Assembly (NCBI GenBank): GCA_041651055.1 | Contig: JBAZJW010000005.1 | Location: 1 to 63,694, forward strand | Origin: Minisyncoccota bacterium | Lineage (GTDB): Bacteria > Patescibacteriota > Minisyncoccia > Phycocordibacterales > UBA5272 | Direction: 5' to 3' | DNA: 63,694 bases | Translations under genes and position numbers: made by a program | Notes under the pieces: model-generated | The model's database searches: none | The model's input: the letters and a program-made list of their open reading frames with translations, nothing else | Told to the model about the DNA's origin: nothing | Shown: positions 16,528 to 27,900 of the stretch, piece by piece | How positions within the stretch are numbered: position 1 is the first letter of the stretch | Layout of the letters: each line of letters starts with the position of its first letter

Positions 16528-17081
16528 CGATGGACTACAAACAATCAGACTACAATGATGCGTACTGGGAAGGCAGGGACAAGATAGAGCCTAAACATTA
16601 CGTCATCTGTTCGGACATTTACAAGTCATTCATTCCGAAGACACTTCTTGACTTCGGCTGCGGAGCAGGACAATTGGTAAAAATTTTTAATGATATGGAA
16701 GTTAATGCGTTCGGTTATGAGCCTTCAAAAATTGCGAACACATACAAACGCTCTGGAAAAATTGATTCGCAGTACGCATTCTTAGATTATGATTTGATAA
16801 CTTGCATGGACGTGGCTGAGCATATTCCAGTTGTAGATGTTGATGAGTTCTTGTCAGAAATAAAAAAGGCTTCTGTCAGGGAAGAATTTGTTGTAGTGTT
16901 CAGCATTTGTTTCAGGGGCGACCCAAACTTCAAGCACGACAGCACTCATATCACCGAACGCACTCGAGAGTGGTGGGAATACAAGCTCAGAAGCAATGGC
17001 TACGATATACTAAAGACTCCAACTTTCTGGGCGTTTAATAATCAAATGATGGTCACAAGAATAAAGAAAGAGGTGGGATAA
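16524..17081 (+). CDS. Class I SAM-dependent methyltransferase
   Basis: Motif I LLDFGCGAGQL. Confidence 0.7.
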   Translation: MTMDYKQSDYNDAYWEGRDKIEPKHYVICSDIYKSFIPKTLLDFGCGAGQLVKIFNDMEVNAFGYEPSKIANTYKRSGKIDSQYAFLDYDLITCMDVAEHIPVVDVDEFLSEIKKASVREEFVVVFSICFRGDPNFKHDSTHITERTREWWEYKLRSNGYDILKTPTFWAFNNQMMVTRIKKEVG

Positions 17082-17082
17082 G

Positions 17083-17943
17083 TTGACGCAAAGGATTAGT
17101 ATACATATTGCAACGAAGGACAGGCATTCAGAGATTGCCTGCTTGTTAGTGAGTCTTCGCAGTCAAACATTTCAGGACTGGGACTTAGTGATTGTTGACG
17201 AGAGTCAGACACCATTGAACACTCACGTGCCCACAATGCACTTGCTTAATAGGCTGCGCTTGGAAGGTCACAAGGTCAACTTGATGCGCAATACAATGCT
17301 GTTAGGCGTGTGCCATGCTAGGAATATCTGCATTGACAACGATACTTTCAAGAATAAGCTAACACTAAGAGTAGATGACGACGTCATTCTTGACACTGAC
17401 TACATAGAAAAACTTTACAATGTTCTTGCGTCAGATTATGACATTGCTTCTGGAGTGACTCCATTAGTATCGCAGCCAGAGTTCATTAGAGAACCCAAGC
17501 GTCTGAACGGAATTGTCAATAAGATTGAGTACGACAAGGAAGGAAACATTGTCAGGCTTGATGATGACTGCGGAATGTGCTACGACGGATATGTTAATCA
17601 ACCTGACGCAGATGGAGATTGTCTGCTACCTTTTGATATGGTTGTTTTGCCAGCAGACCACTTCCGTAGTTGCGCATTATACAAGACTGAAATCACTGAC
17701 AAGGGCATAAGATATGAGTCTAACTTGAGCCCAGTGGGTTTCAGGGAAGAAAGTTTTTTCAGCCTCAGAGCAAGATACTTGGGTTGCAATATTGGCGTTG
17801 ACCTGTCAGCAAAGGCTTGGCATTTCATGACTCCTTCTGGCGGTTGTCGTTATCCCAATTATCAAGAACTTGTGATGCAGGACAACGAGCTGTTTATGAA
17901 ATGGTCAAAGGCTATGTTCAAAGAAAAAGGTGAGCCGAAATGA
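17083..17943 (+). CDS. GT-A glycosyltransferase, family 2-like
   Basis: ISIHIATKDRHSEIACLLVSLRSQTFQDWDLVIVDES...RVDDD. It uses a TTG start. Confidence 0.65.
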   Translation: MTQRISIHIATKDRHSEIACLLVSLRSQTFQDWDLVIVDESQTPLNTHVPTMHLLNRLRLEGHKVNLMRNTMLLGVCHARNICIDNDTFKNKLTLRVDDDVILDTDYIEKLYNVLASDYDIASGVTPLVSQPEFIREPKRLNGIVNKIEYDKEGNIVRLDDDCGMCYDGYVNQPDADGDCLLPFDMVVLPADHFRSCALYKTEITDKGIRYESNLSPVGFREESFFSLRARYLGCNIGVDLSAKAWHFMTPSGGCRYPNYQELVMQDNELFMKWSKAMFKEKGEPK

Positions 17944-18356
17944 TTAGAGTCACAGTGAGTGGCGGTTTCGACCCATTGCATATTGGACACTTGAGGATGA
18001 TGCAAGAAGCCAAGACGCTCGGAGACTACTTGATTGTCATCGTAAACAATGACAACTGGCTGAATAAGAAAAAAGGTTACACGTTCATGCCAGAAAATGA
18101 ACGGGTTGAACTCATTGAAGGACTTGCCTGCGTTGACGAAGTAGTACTGTCCAAGCATAAGCCCAACCCTGACGACATGAGCGTATGTAATGAACTCCGT
18201 GACATCCAGCCAGACATTTTTGCGAATGGTGGTGACAGGTTTTCTGACAATACTCCAGAGAAGAATCTTTGTGACGAACTAGGTATTGATACAGTGTTCA
18301 ATGTTGGTGGCGGAAAAATAAGGAGCAGTAGCGAACTTGTCAACAAATGTAGGTGA
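17940..18356 (+). CDS. Cytidylyl/adenylyl-transferase of the HxGH family (TagD / RfaE domain II-like sugar or glycerol-phosphate activation)
   Basis: SGGFDPLHIGHLRMMQEAKTLGDYLIVIVNND...ERVELIEGLACVDEVV. Confidence 0.75.
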   Translation: MIRVTVSGGFDPLHIGHLRMMQEAKTLGDYLIVIVNNDNWLNKKKGYTFMPENERVELIEGLACVDEVVLSKHKPNPDDMSVCNELRDIQPDIFANGGDRFSDNTPEKNLCDELGIDTVFNVGGGKIRSSSELVNKCR

Positions 18357-18362
18357 TGAACA

Positions 18363-19457
18363 ATGAAGCTTAATGTTATGGGAAACGTTTTCAGTCAGAC
18401 AGGATTCTCGGTTCATACAAGATTCTTAGCCGAAGCACTGCAGGACTCGGGCTATGACGTTGCCATTGAAAGCCCGAAGCACCCGAACTGGGAAATGCTT
18501 TGCCCTGATAAAATGTTTAAGATGTTGAACAAGAACTATCAGCGTGAGCCAACAATAATGATTACATCACCAGATTATTATAGGCTCAAGTGGGCTGACA
18601 ATCCTGAGAAGCTTATTGGATTCTGCATTTGGGAAGGAGACACTGTGCCTAAGTCTTGGACTAGAAACTTGGAATTGTGCGACCAGATTTGGGTTCCGAG
18701 CGAGCATGTAAAAAATGCTATTATGCATTCACTAAGTTCTGAAGAAGTTGAGGAGCTCGCGATTGTGGAAAAAATGTTTGTTGTTCCTCATGGCGTAGAC
18801 CTCAAACAATTCTACCCGAAGAAAGTGGAACGGGATGACCGATTTACTTTCGTAGCTGTTAAGGGTTGGGCTGAAGGGCTTAACGACAGGGGTGGACTCC
18901 AGTACCTAATTAGAGCCTTTGTGGACGAGTTTCAAGAGGGTGAGGCTGTTAAGCTTATGGTCAAAGTGAACGCTGTATACGGCGGTTCAGAAGAGCTTGT
19001 AGGCTCTTGGCTTAAACAAGCTGGTATAGAGAAGCTTCCGAGTAACGTAGAGCTAGTATTTAAAGACATTCCGTACTCTGAGCTAATAGATACCTATAAC
19101 AAAGGGGACGTCTTTGTATGCTCCACTAGGGGTGAAGCTTTTAATCTCGTAGGATTAGAGGCTATGGCTTGTGGGCTTCCAACGCTGCAAACAGGCTTTG
19201 GCGGTCAACTGGATTATATGACTCCAGGCAATTCTTGGTACATTGATTGTAAGCTCGAAGAGGTCACTCATAACAAGCTTCTTGAGGGAATCAAGTGGGC
19301 TACACCTGACCATGAAGACCTAAGAGTCAAGCTTAGATACTGCTTCGAACATCAAGATGAAGTAAAACAAAAGGGAATTCAAGCTTTGAAAGATGTTCAA
19401 GAATGGTCATGGAATAATTCTGCAGTGAAAGCAAAGCAGGCTCTTGATAAATTATGA
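18363..19457 (+). CDS. GT-B glycosyltransferase, family 4-like
   Basis: STRGEAFNLVGLEAMACGLPTL. Confidence 0.7.
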   Translation: MKLNVMGNVFSQTGFSVHTRFLAEALQDSGYDVAIESPKHPNWEMLCPDKMFKMLNKNYQREPTIMITSPDYYRLKWADNPEKLIGFCIWEGDTVPKSWTRNLELCDQIWVPSEHVKNAIMHSLSSEEVEELAIVEKMFVVPHGVDLKQFYPKKVERDDRFTFVAVKGWAEGLNDRGGLQYLIRAFVDEFQEGEAVKLMVKVNAVYGGSEELVGSWLKQAGIEKLPSNVELVFKDIPYSELIDTYNKGDVFVCSTRGEAFNLVGLEAMACGLPTLQTGFGGQLDYMTPGNSWYIDCKLEEVTHNKLLEGIKWATPDHEDLRVKLRYCFEHQDEVKQKGIQALKDVQEWSWNNSAVKAKQALDKL

Positions 19458-19529
19458 GTCTCAGAGAATGGACTTTGGGGGTGGTTTTAAGAAAGTTGCC
19501 ACTCCCTGAGACAAAAATATAAAAAAAAA
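19458..19529. terminator. Bidirectional terminator at the convergence point of the two gene arms
   Basis: Imperfect long hairpin with outer stem GTCTCAG / CTGAGAC and inner stem GGGGTGG / CCACTCC. It is followed by an A9 run, which is T9 on the minus strand. Confidence 0.55.
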
Positions 19530-19739
19530 TTATTTGCCCTGAAAGAACTTCAAGGCTGCATTCAACAATGCACTTGCCAATGGTATGACTATGTAGGCAT
19601 ATGTTCCCCAATCAATCTGTGGCAAAAGGTCTAGAAGAAACACTGCAGCAGTACCGCCGCAGGCAATTCCCAAGCCCTTCAAAATCTTCTTGCCGTCTTC
19701 CTTGTTTAACTTATACTTCGGACTTTCTTTACTTACCAT
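19530..19739 (-). CDS. Holin-like small membrane protein (69 aa, two hydrophobic segments)
   Basis: GLGIACGGTAAVFLLDLL and YAYIVIPLASALLNAAL. It is the last gene of the late arm, next to the peptidase. Confidence 0.45.
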   Translation of the reverse strand: MVSKESPKYKLNKEDGKKILKGLGIACGGTAAVFLLDLLPQIDWGTYAYIVIPLASALLNAALKFFQGK

Positions 19740-19745
19740 TTTTGT

Positions 19746-20375
19746 TCACCTCACAAGTGTGGCATGTTGTGCCCAACTATGTTCCTGATTGAACGTCCAC
19801 CACAAGTCATAATATTTCTTTAGTTCGCTATGCGGGACATTCTTTAAATAGTTTTCTATACTTTCTACTGGGTAATAACACCAGTCCAAGCAGTACCAAC
19901 GGAAATCGTCTTTCAAATAAATGACGTAAGCGTGCCCAACTCTCTTATTGGTTCTTGGCTCTAGCACATAACCGCAGGCAACTTTCCTGCGCCAAGCAGG
20001 AATATCAGCAGCGTCCATTAGTGTCATGAGCATTAAAGCTCCGTCTTCACAGTCACCAGTGCCCAACGCAAAGGTTTCTGCAGGTGACTGCCAGCGTTCA
20101 GGTTTGTTCCATTTAAGCATATCACTCTTGTACGATACACGCTTCATAACAGCTCTGAGACATGTCAGTGCTGCTTCATCATGGCTTTTAGCCTCACCAC
20201 TTATAGTATTGCCAAGTTCTTGTATTTCCATACAAGTGTCAGTGAGTGTTGTACGTATGTCAACAAGTTCTCCGCCAGTAATTGTCATGTATTTTATATT
20301 AGACTTTGGCCACTTATTATTCCAATAATTTTCAAATACTGAAGGAAACGCTTTTATTAACGGCGAAAAATTCAT
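19746..20375 (-). CDS. Transglutaminase-like cysteine peptidase (candidate lysin; Pei-like fold class)
   Basis: GTGDCEDGALMLMTLMDAADIPAWRRKVACGYV...GHAYVIY...WYCLD gives a Cys-His-Asp core in the transglutaminase order. Confidence 0.6.
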   Translation of the reverse strand: MNFSPLIKAFPSVFENYWNNKWPKSNIKYMTITGGELVDIRTTLTDTCMEIQELGNTISGEAKSHDEAALTCLRAVMKRVSYKSDMLKWNKPERWQSPAETFALGTGDCEDGALMLMTLMDAADIPAWRRKVACGYVLEPRTNKRVGHAYVIYLKDDFRWYCLDWCYYPVESIENYLKNVPHSELKKYYDLWWTFNQEHSWAQHATLVR

Positions 20376-20386
20376 TATGATTCACC

Positions 20387-21913
20387 TCATTTATAACCTA
20401 GCCATGCACTCCATATTTTTGGTGTGGGATTGTCAGTATCACTCTGCAAGTTAAATCTTATTTTTATAGCTATTCCTTCCACTGTCGGAACTGTTAACGT
20501 ATTTAATCCAATACCTTGCCATGTGCTACCATTGTCAACGCTGAACTCAAACGTGCAAGAGTTATAATCTTGCCCATGTATCCTAAGTTCCACACCAGTT
20601 ATTACTGCATCACTATATTTTGTTATACTTGTTGCACTGCCAGATGATTGTCCAGTATCTAACATGAGTGTACTATTCAATTCTTGTGTATTAGTGTGCG
20701 TAAATTGTGACGAACTTTCTTCGAAGGTGTAACATATTGCATCTGTGATGGCATTAGGATTGTTGGAGGCTTGTATGTTGCCTGTTATCTTATCATCTCT
20801 TAATGAAATAATATCCCATAATTCAGTGCCATTACGTTCATAAGAAAGTGTAGTTACCCAATTGGCAGCACTAATATTGTGAGTGAACTCTTGCACTATA
20901 TGAAGTCCTGAAATGTCACACCTCGGGCATTCACAGTAAATGCTTTGTCCTGGACGAAGTGTTGGAAGTCCATGAAGTACTGTAAGTGTTCCTTTGGTAT
21001 CTGTTACGTTGGAACTTCCAAGCTTTAGACTAACATCAGTCTCAATTGCTTCCTGTGAATGAAGATTGTTATCATTGACTAATAGGTCTTTCTGCCAAAA
21101 ACTAGCTATATCTGTGCTATCTTTTTTACTTTTAGCATAATAAAAATTTCCAGCACTTTCAACCTTGTCGCCAGTCATTATGATATTATTACGACGTTCT
21201 AGAAGGTCTTCACCATAATTATTCACTGCCGCAAGGTTCTGTCCTATGACTACACTCTCAGCAGTATTTATTTCTTGAGTGAACGTATGTATATCGTAAT
21301 CAAAATCTAAGTAGCCATAGTACCCTGCTTTGTTCAATGCATCACTGAATATTTTTGCAGGTTTTGCCCAAGTGTAATCTCTATAAATTAATGTGGTCAT
21401 TCCAGTGCTCATGTTAGTAGTTGTAAGAATACTAGAGAACCAGTTAGTGACCATAGAAGATAATAACACATATACTGTCTGGCTCGTAACACTCTCAACA
21501 ATTAGCCTGTCTTGAACTTCTGGAGCTTCCCTGCCTTCAAGTACCATAAAATATCCGTTGTTAGCATCAAAGCTTTTGAAAGGTGCATCGATTTTTCCTC
21601 TGAATATTTGATTAGTTGCATCTGTAAAATCTGCATAAATGTCAATTCTTTCTCCGCCCGTAATGATAGAGTTCCACTTACCTTCTGTGTTATCAATGTC
21701 AACAGTGAAAGTTCCAAAGCCTCGATTAAGAGTTTTTCTTGTTACAGAAATATTAAGCACATGAGGACTTGTAGAGCTTGCGAGGTCGACTTGAGTTCCG
21801 CTATGAAGCGTAACTAATACTTTTAATTTGGGCGTATAAGTAGAACGTGGAGTAATTACAATAACTTCATCATCATGAAAACTTCCAGAATTAGGTCGTG
21901 ATAGTGTTGCCAT
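20387..21913 (-). CDS. Tail/baseplate structural protein (508 aa)
   Basis: Called from its position at the distal end of the tail module. No motif was quoted. Confidence 0.4.
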   Translation of the reverse strand: MATLSRPNSGSFHDDEVIVITPRSTYTPKLKVLVTLHSGTQVDLASSTSPHVLNISVTRKTLNRGFGTFTVDIDNTEGKWNSIITGGERIDIYADFTDATNQIFRGKIDAPFKSFDANNGYFMVLEGREAPEVQDRLIVESVTSQTVYVLLSSMVTNWFSSILTTTNMSTGMTTLIYRDYTWAKPAKIFSDALNKAGYYGYLDFDYDIHTFTQEINTAESVVIGQNLAAVNNYGEDLLERRNNIIMTGDKVESAGNFYYAKSKKDSTDIASFWQKDLLVNDNNLHSQEAIETDVSLKLGSSNVTDTKGTLTVLHGLPTLRPGQSIYCECPRCDISGLHIVQEFTHNISAANWVTTLSYERNGTELWDIISLRDDKITGNIQASNNPNAITDAICYTFEESSSQFTHTNTQELNSTLMLDTGQSSGSATSITKYSDAVITGVELRIHGQDYNSCTFEFSVDNGSTWQGIGLNTLTVPTVEGIAIKIRFNLQSDTDNPTPKIWSAWLGYK

Positions 21914-24900
21914 TAGTCAATCACCACACATCCACCATATCCATCACCTGAATCTGAGCAATAGCTAGTCCACCAATTCCACCAAGCATAATAAGGTCGT
22001 CCTGACACGTTATAAAAATCTGCAAGTATATACACTGGATATTCTGAAGAATTGGTGACATTCTGCATAAATGCCTGTCTGCTATAATTAAGTACCACTG
22101 TTGATGATGCAAGTTTTGTTGTCTGATTCATTATATACATTGTTGTAGAATTCGTCATGTTGGTGGTATTTATGTAACCATCTGTTGCATTGGTTTGTAA
22201 ATACAAATCAATATTATGGTCAAATGCTGAGCTTGAAACATTCTGAATACTTAAATTTTTAAATCTGCTCATAACTTGTCCGTGAGGACTTACATTTTTC
22301 TGGCTTGAACTCATAGGGTTAAATAACATGTAAGTAATTCCTGTAGGAACAAATTCTACACTGAACGGGGAATAATAAATCATCATGGTTTGTGATTCAG
22401 AATATTCATCATTATGCCCAGTGATAGTAATATTACCAGTGCCTCTATATTTAACTCGTAAATCTGAAAATTGTATAGTGGTATTAGAATTATTCACAGC
22501 AATAGATTTATTACAATCTTCTGTAGAACAGTTAGAAAGATTAAAACTTGAATAGTTTAAACTAACATCTGCTAGTGTCCCAGTTGCAGTTAAATTCCAA
22601 AAAGTGAGATAGCCTTTACTAGTTGATAAAATATCAAATATTATTGGAACATCACATGTTGTGGTTGTATTACAAGTTGATGATTGTAAATAATTATTGA
22701 AAATATCACTATCTAAGGTAACAACAGTGGGCGTTGTTGAATTGTTTAAATCTCCACTGACATTGAATTGGTATGATATATTAGTTCCTACTTTCACGCC
22801 CAAATCAGAAACAGAATCGCTTGATACCTGCAAATCAACATAGTACATTCCCACTGGAAGCTCTGTCTGCGTGTTGGTCATATTTATCTTGTAACGTAAG
22901 TATTTTCCTGGATTACTAAATGTTAAGAAACTTTCATCTGTAGCCTCTTGCCAGTTAGTACCATTATCAGCTGAAACATATAATCTTACATCAGAACCTG
23001 CAGGTTGTAACTCACTAAAGTCTGGATAAACATTTACTATATCCTCATCACTTGATAATATAATATCTGAAAATGCTTCTGCACTTGTCTGATTATCTAA
23101 CCAATGATTATCTGTCTGTGAATAATTAATTCCTGCTCCACTATAATTTATCTGATAGAAGTAAACATAACCAACACCAGTTCCTCCACCGAAACCACAA
23201 TCAGCTCCATAACCATCCGCATATCCAAATGAATATCCTTTAATGTTTGTACCACTTCCTGGATTTGCAACAGTTTTTAGAAATACTCCATCTTTGTAAA
23301 CATATAATTGTGTAATGTCACTAGCATTATATCTAAAACTTAATACTCCTGAAGATGTAGAACTTGAACTACCATAACAAGATAGTGATATTACCTCAGT
23401 GTTAGGAAGTGTGCCTGCTGCATTGGTGACCAAATTTATGGATGCTATACCTATACCACTTCCAAAATTTCCCCAACACCCGTTTGATTCATACCCGTAT
23501 GCACTACAACTCATATTGTAATAAATGTCTACTCGTGTTTTTGTATTAAAATCCAAGCCTTTAGAATTTAAATGCGCATACTGCTGTGCTGTGTCAATAT
23601 AGGAACCATCTGAGTATGCTGTTGCACTTGATAACGTATATATAGTCTCATTAGAATCCCACTCGGCAATACCTTCACCGCCTTCATTATAATTCCATCT
23701 TCCACTTACGTCAGAAGTCATATCATCAAACACAAACGTTGGAAGTGATGTTGAATAATATGAGCCGTTGTTAGTGTCATCAAAATAACTATCATTGTAC
23801 CAAAGTTCTAAATAGTCTAATTCTATTGGATTTGATGCAGTTGCATTAACCCAAAACGTAATGTTATCTTGCATACTAGCAGCACTGCTTAAACGTATAT
23901 ATGTTGTATAGGTACTAGTAGCTGTAAAATCAACGTCTGTTAATGTTGTTGTATTATCATACCACCTGTTTTCAACAAGTGTATTATTATTTAAGTATCC
24001 TCTAAAAGTTACTTGTGTATTATTGTCGTTATCACTGTCCAGTGTTGTATCAAGTGTTGTGTCATAAGCATATATATCAACTGTTACACCAGTAAGTTCA
24101 CTCCAGTTTTTTGTATTGAATTCAAATGTACCATTATCTGTAATATTTATTTCTGATACTCCAGTACTAAACTCCGTTGTTTCAACGTATGGAATTGTAA
24201 AATTGTAATATAAGGGCAACGTTCCGCAAGTGTAATTTATTCCATAATCTTTAAGACTAATGTCTATACAAAATGTTGATGCATAACCATCTGATGATAA
24301 ATTTATGATTGGAGTTGTGAACATCTCCCATTTCTTTGTTGTATTATAATCTTCAATTTTAAAAACTAATGTAAAAAGTCCCAATATTCTTTCAGCACTA
24401 TAATTAATATTTCCAGAGGTATCAGTACAATTAATGTACCAATAATATGTGCCAGTAGTCAATAATAATGTAAACGTAGCATTACCCGATGAAGTATTTG
24501 TAGTGTTACTATTATTATTTATGTACAATGTACAGTTTCCAAAACTGTATGCGTCACTAGCTGTATAATTGAATACCACTTCATAACTTGTATTCGCATA
24601 TGCGGTTTCATTGGCAGGACTGTTTATTACTAACGACGGAGGATTATTATCAATAATTATCGTCATGTTTTGACTATTAGCTGAATCAGTGCCATCACTA
24701 CAATTTATCCAGAATGCCCATTGCCCATCGTCAATAGTAGAGTTAGCAACTAATGTAGAATATACAGACACATCTACACTATCATTAAATCCGTAATTAG
24801 TTCCGTTAACAAAAATTGAGCAGTTTAGAATGTCACTGTCAATATCGTCAGCTTCAAAATCAACAGACAGTGTATTATTTGTTGTTGCTGTATTATTAGT

Positions 24901-27900
24901 CATATTTACAATTGTAACATTTGGAACACTATTACTTACTGTAATCTGTTCAGAATAATTATATGGTGACGAAAACAGTTCATCAATTGCCTGAACGGAA
25001 ACATTTATTTTGTCAGTTTTAGAAAAATATGAATTATCTAAACTAGAATTAAGTATTGTTCCTGCAACTGTATTATTAAACGATTCACTAAAAATATATG
25101 TATCGTTGATGTACCAAAAAAATGTTATATTGCCAAGTCTTGAATAATAATTATAGTATGACGTATTAGCACCCAAGTATGAATTTGTATATACTGTTGT
25201 CAAATTAAATTCTGGAGCTGACACCAATATAGGATTAGTTGGATAAACAGTTACAACTGACGAATTGAGCCAAGAACTATTTGCTGTAATATTACTGGCC
25301 AAACATGAGAATGTCCAATTAGTGTCTACTGCTTGACTTGAAATAGTATTTATTGCGTACTCTACACTTTCTTGGAATGGTAATTTACTTGTATAATTAA
25401 CTTCTGCAAATGTTACTCTGGTAGAACCTGAACCATCTGAGCCTCCATCGTCAGCTTGTTGTTCTGTCTGGATATAAATATCTCCTGATAATGTATCAGC
25501 ACATAATAATTCATCTGTATTATTATAGACATAAACTGTATCTGCTGTTGTGTTTATGACAATAAGTAAATCAATATAATCCACAAGATACTGTACAGAA
25601 CAACCTGGAGTGCCACTACATAATGCAATACCACCCATGGCGCAAATATTATCAGTACCATTACTTATCTGTGTATACGCATAGGAATTAGAATTTAATA
25701 CTGCGGCTGCAAGAACTGTCATATTTTTTATTGTAACGTTTATTGCGTCAGGAGCATTAGATAATGTAGTAAAACTTATAAGTTGTTTAACACCACCAAG
25801 AATAGTTGATGCACCATCACCACCAGGATTAACAACAGAAGAATTTAAAACATTCAATCCTTCTGACAATGTTGATGTGCCAACAGGAGCGTCACCCCAT
25901 AATGTTGTATTGACAACCGAATCATCAAAATTATCGTAAGTATAATTTCCTATTGACGTGTAATTAATACTTCCAGAACTATTTAATCCGTCATCATTAA
26001 ACCATTCATAATAGAACCAATCTATAATGTCACCGTCAACATCTGTCGCATTACAATATCCTGTTAATGAACTATTGGTATATGCTGGGTCAGGAAGTAT
26101 TCTTGACGTATTTACAACAGCTAAGGAATTCAGTATTCGTATTGCAGAACTATTAATAGCAGTCCCATTGTGTGTTCCATTCTGTGGTGTTATCTGTATT
26201 ATTACCATACTGTCTTTTCTCACATTGGTAAGAGTTGTTATGTTGGTTGAATTTGCAAGTCCCGAACTGTTGTATACATCATTGATAAACCATGTAAAAT
26301 ATGAATCTGTTTCTGCGTCCTCGTCAACATCAGTTATTGTATAGTTAGGAATCAATACTGTATCATAATACGCTGTTGTTGGAGTAATATTTACATTGGT
26401 GACAACTGGTAATGTATCAGTCATCTGAATACAGTATTCTTCGGATTCATTTGAGTGTCCAAAATTTGAATCGTTTGCCCAAAACTTCCAGCATACTTCA
26501 GGCTTATGGGTGATATTTAATATTGATGTAACACTCACATTGATAGAAGCTGCAGTATTATTGATTACTGAAGAACTATTTGTCATTATGCCAGATATAT
26601 TTGACGCAAAAATATAATAACTAATATTTCCAATCGTATCTGTTATGGTGATATTTGTTATTAAGCTACTATTATATTTGAATGTATCATTAGATGTATT
26701 TTTTGCATTTTCAAAATATGGAGCATTAGTATCTTTTGTTATAGAATAATTTAAACTTGTACCTGTAATACCATCATTAATACACGCAACCCAGAAATAA
26801 TAATAACCATCTGATAACGTAGTGTTACTAGATATATTTGTTGGTGTATTATTCAATACAGAATCGTTTGTATTATATATAGTTCCATTAATTAACAACG
26901 AACAATTCAACGTTGCATAAATATTATCTGTTGCATTTATATAAGCCCACTGTATATTCTCATTTGCAATAGTGTCATTTTCTGGTGAAATAATAGTTAC
27001 TTCAGGTATAGAACCCAATGTGATATTTAATAATCCGCTAGTTGAACTTTCTGTCTCGACATTAAGTGTTCCATCAATACAAGCTATGAATAATTTATCT
27101 GATGATGACACCAACGCATCACCTGCAGCTAATGTGCACACATGACTATTTGTTCCTGTTGTTGAACAATTTCTACTGGTGCCCATCGTTGTCCAGTTTT
27201 GGTCTTCTTTATTTATTCTGCAATAAGCATTTTGTATTGTATTAAATGTTACTGTTGGAGTAGTGTCAATAGTCAATATTGATGTTGCCTCATTACCATT
27301 TCTCCAAGCAGTACTATTTTGTCCACTACTTGCGCTTGTTAAATTATATGTTGAATTATCTATTGTTGGAAATAAATAATCAAAAGGATATGCAAATCCC
27401 GCACCACTATTATACATATTTGATATTTCTGTTGCATTTAATGTTCTATTCCATTGTGCGAACTCGTCTATCGTTCCCTGAAACCAGTCATTATTTCTTA
27501 TGCTCCAAATGGCTAAGTAGTTTAATGTAGGCCATGCTCTTATAATATTTGCATCAGTAAGAGTGCTTTGTAATACTCCATTCAAATATAATTTACATGT
27601 GCCAGCAGTTCCATCAATTATCACCAAAATATGATTCCAAGAATTATTACTCAATACGCTACCATAAGTAAAAAGACCACCGCCTGTATTTAAATTTACA
27701 GTTAAATTTTCAGTTGCAGTTCCTCTTGTCATTATAGCCCAGTCACCCGCAGCCCAAGCACCATTAGAAGATGAAGCCACTATTGCATTATATCCAGCAG
27801 TTGTCCAGCCACCTATGCCATGTTTGTTTACCCATACGCTAACAGTCGTATTCGTGGTTTGAGCATTTGCTGAGTGGTTAAACCTCTGGTCTATTGCTGT

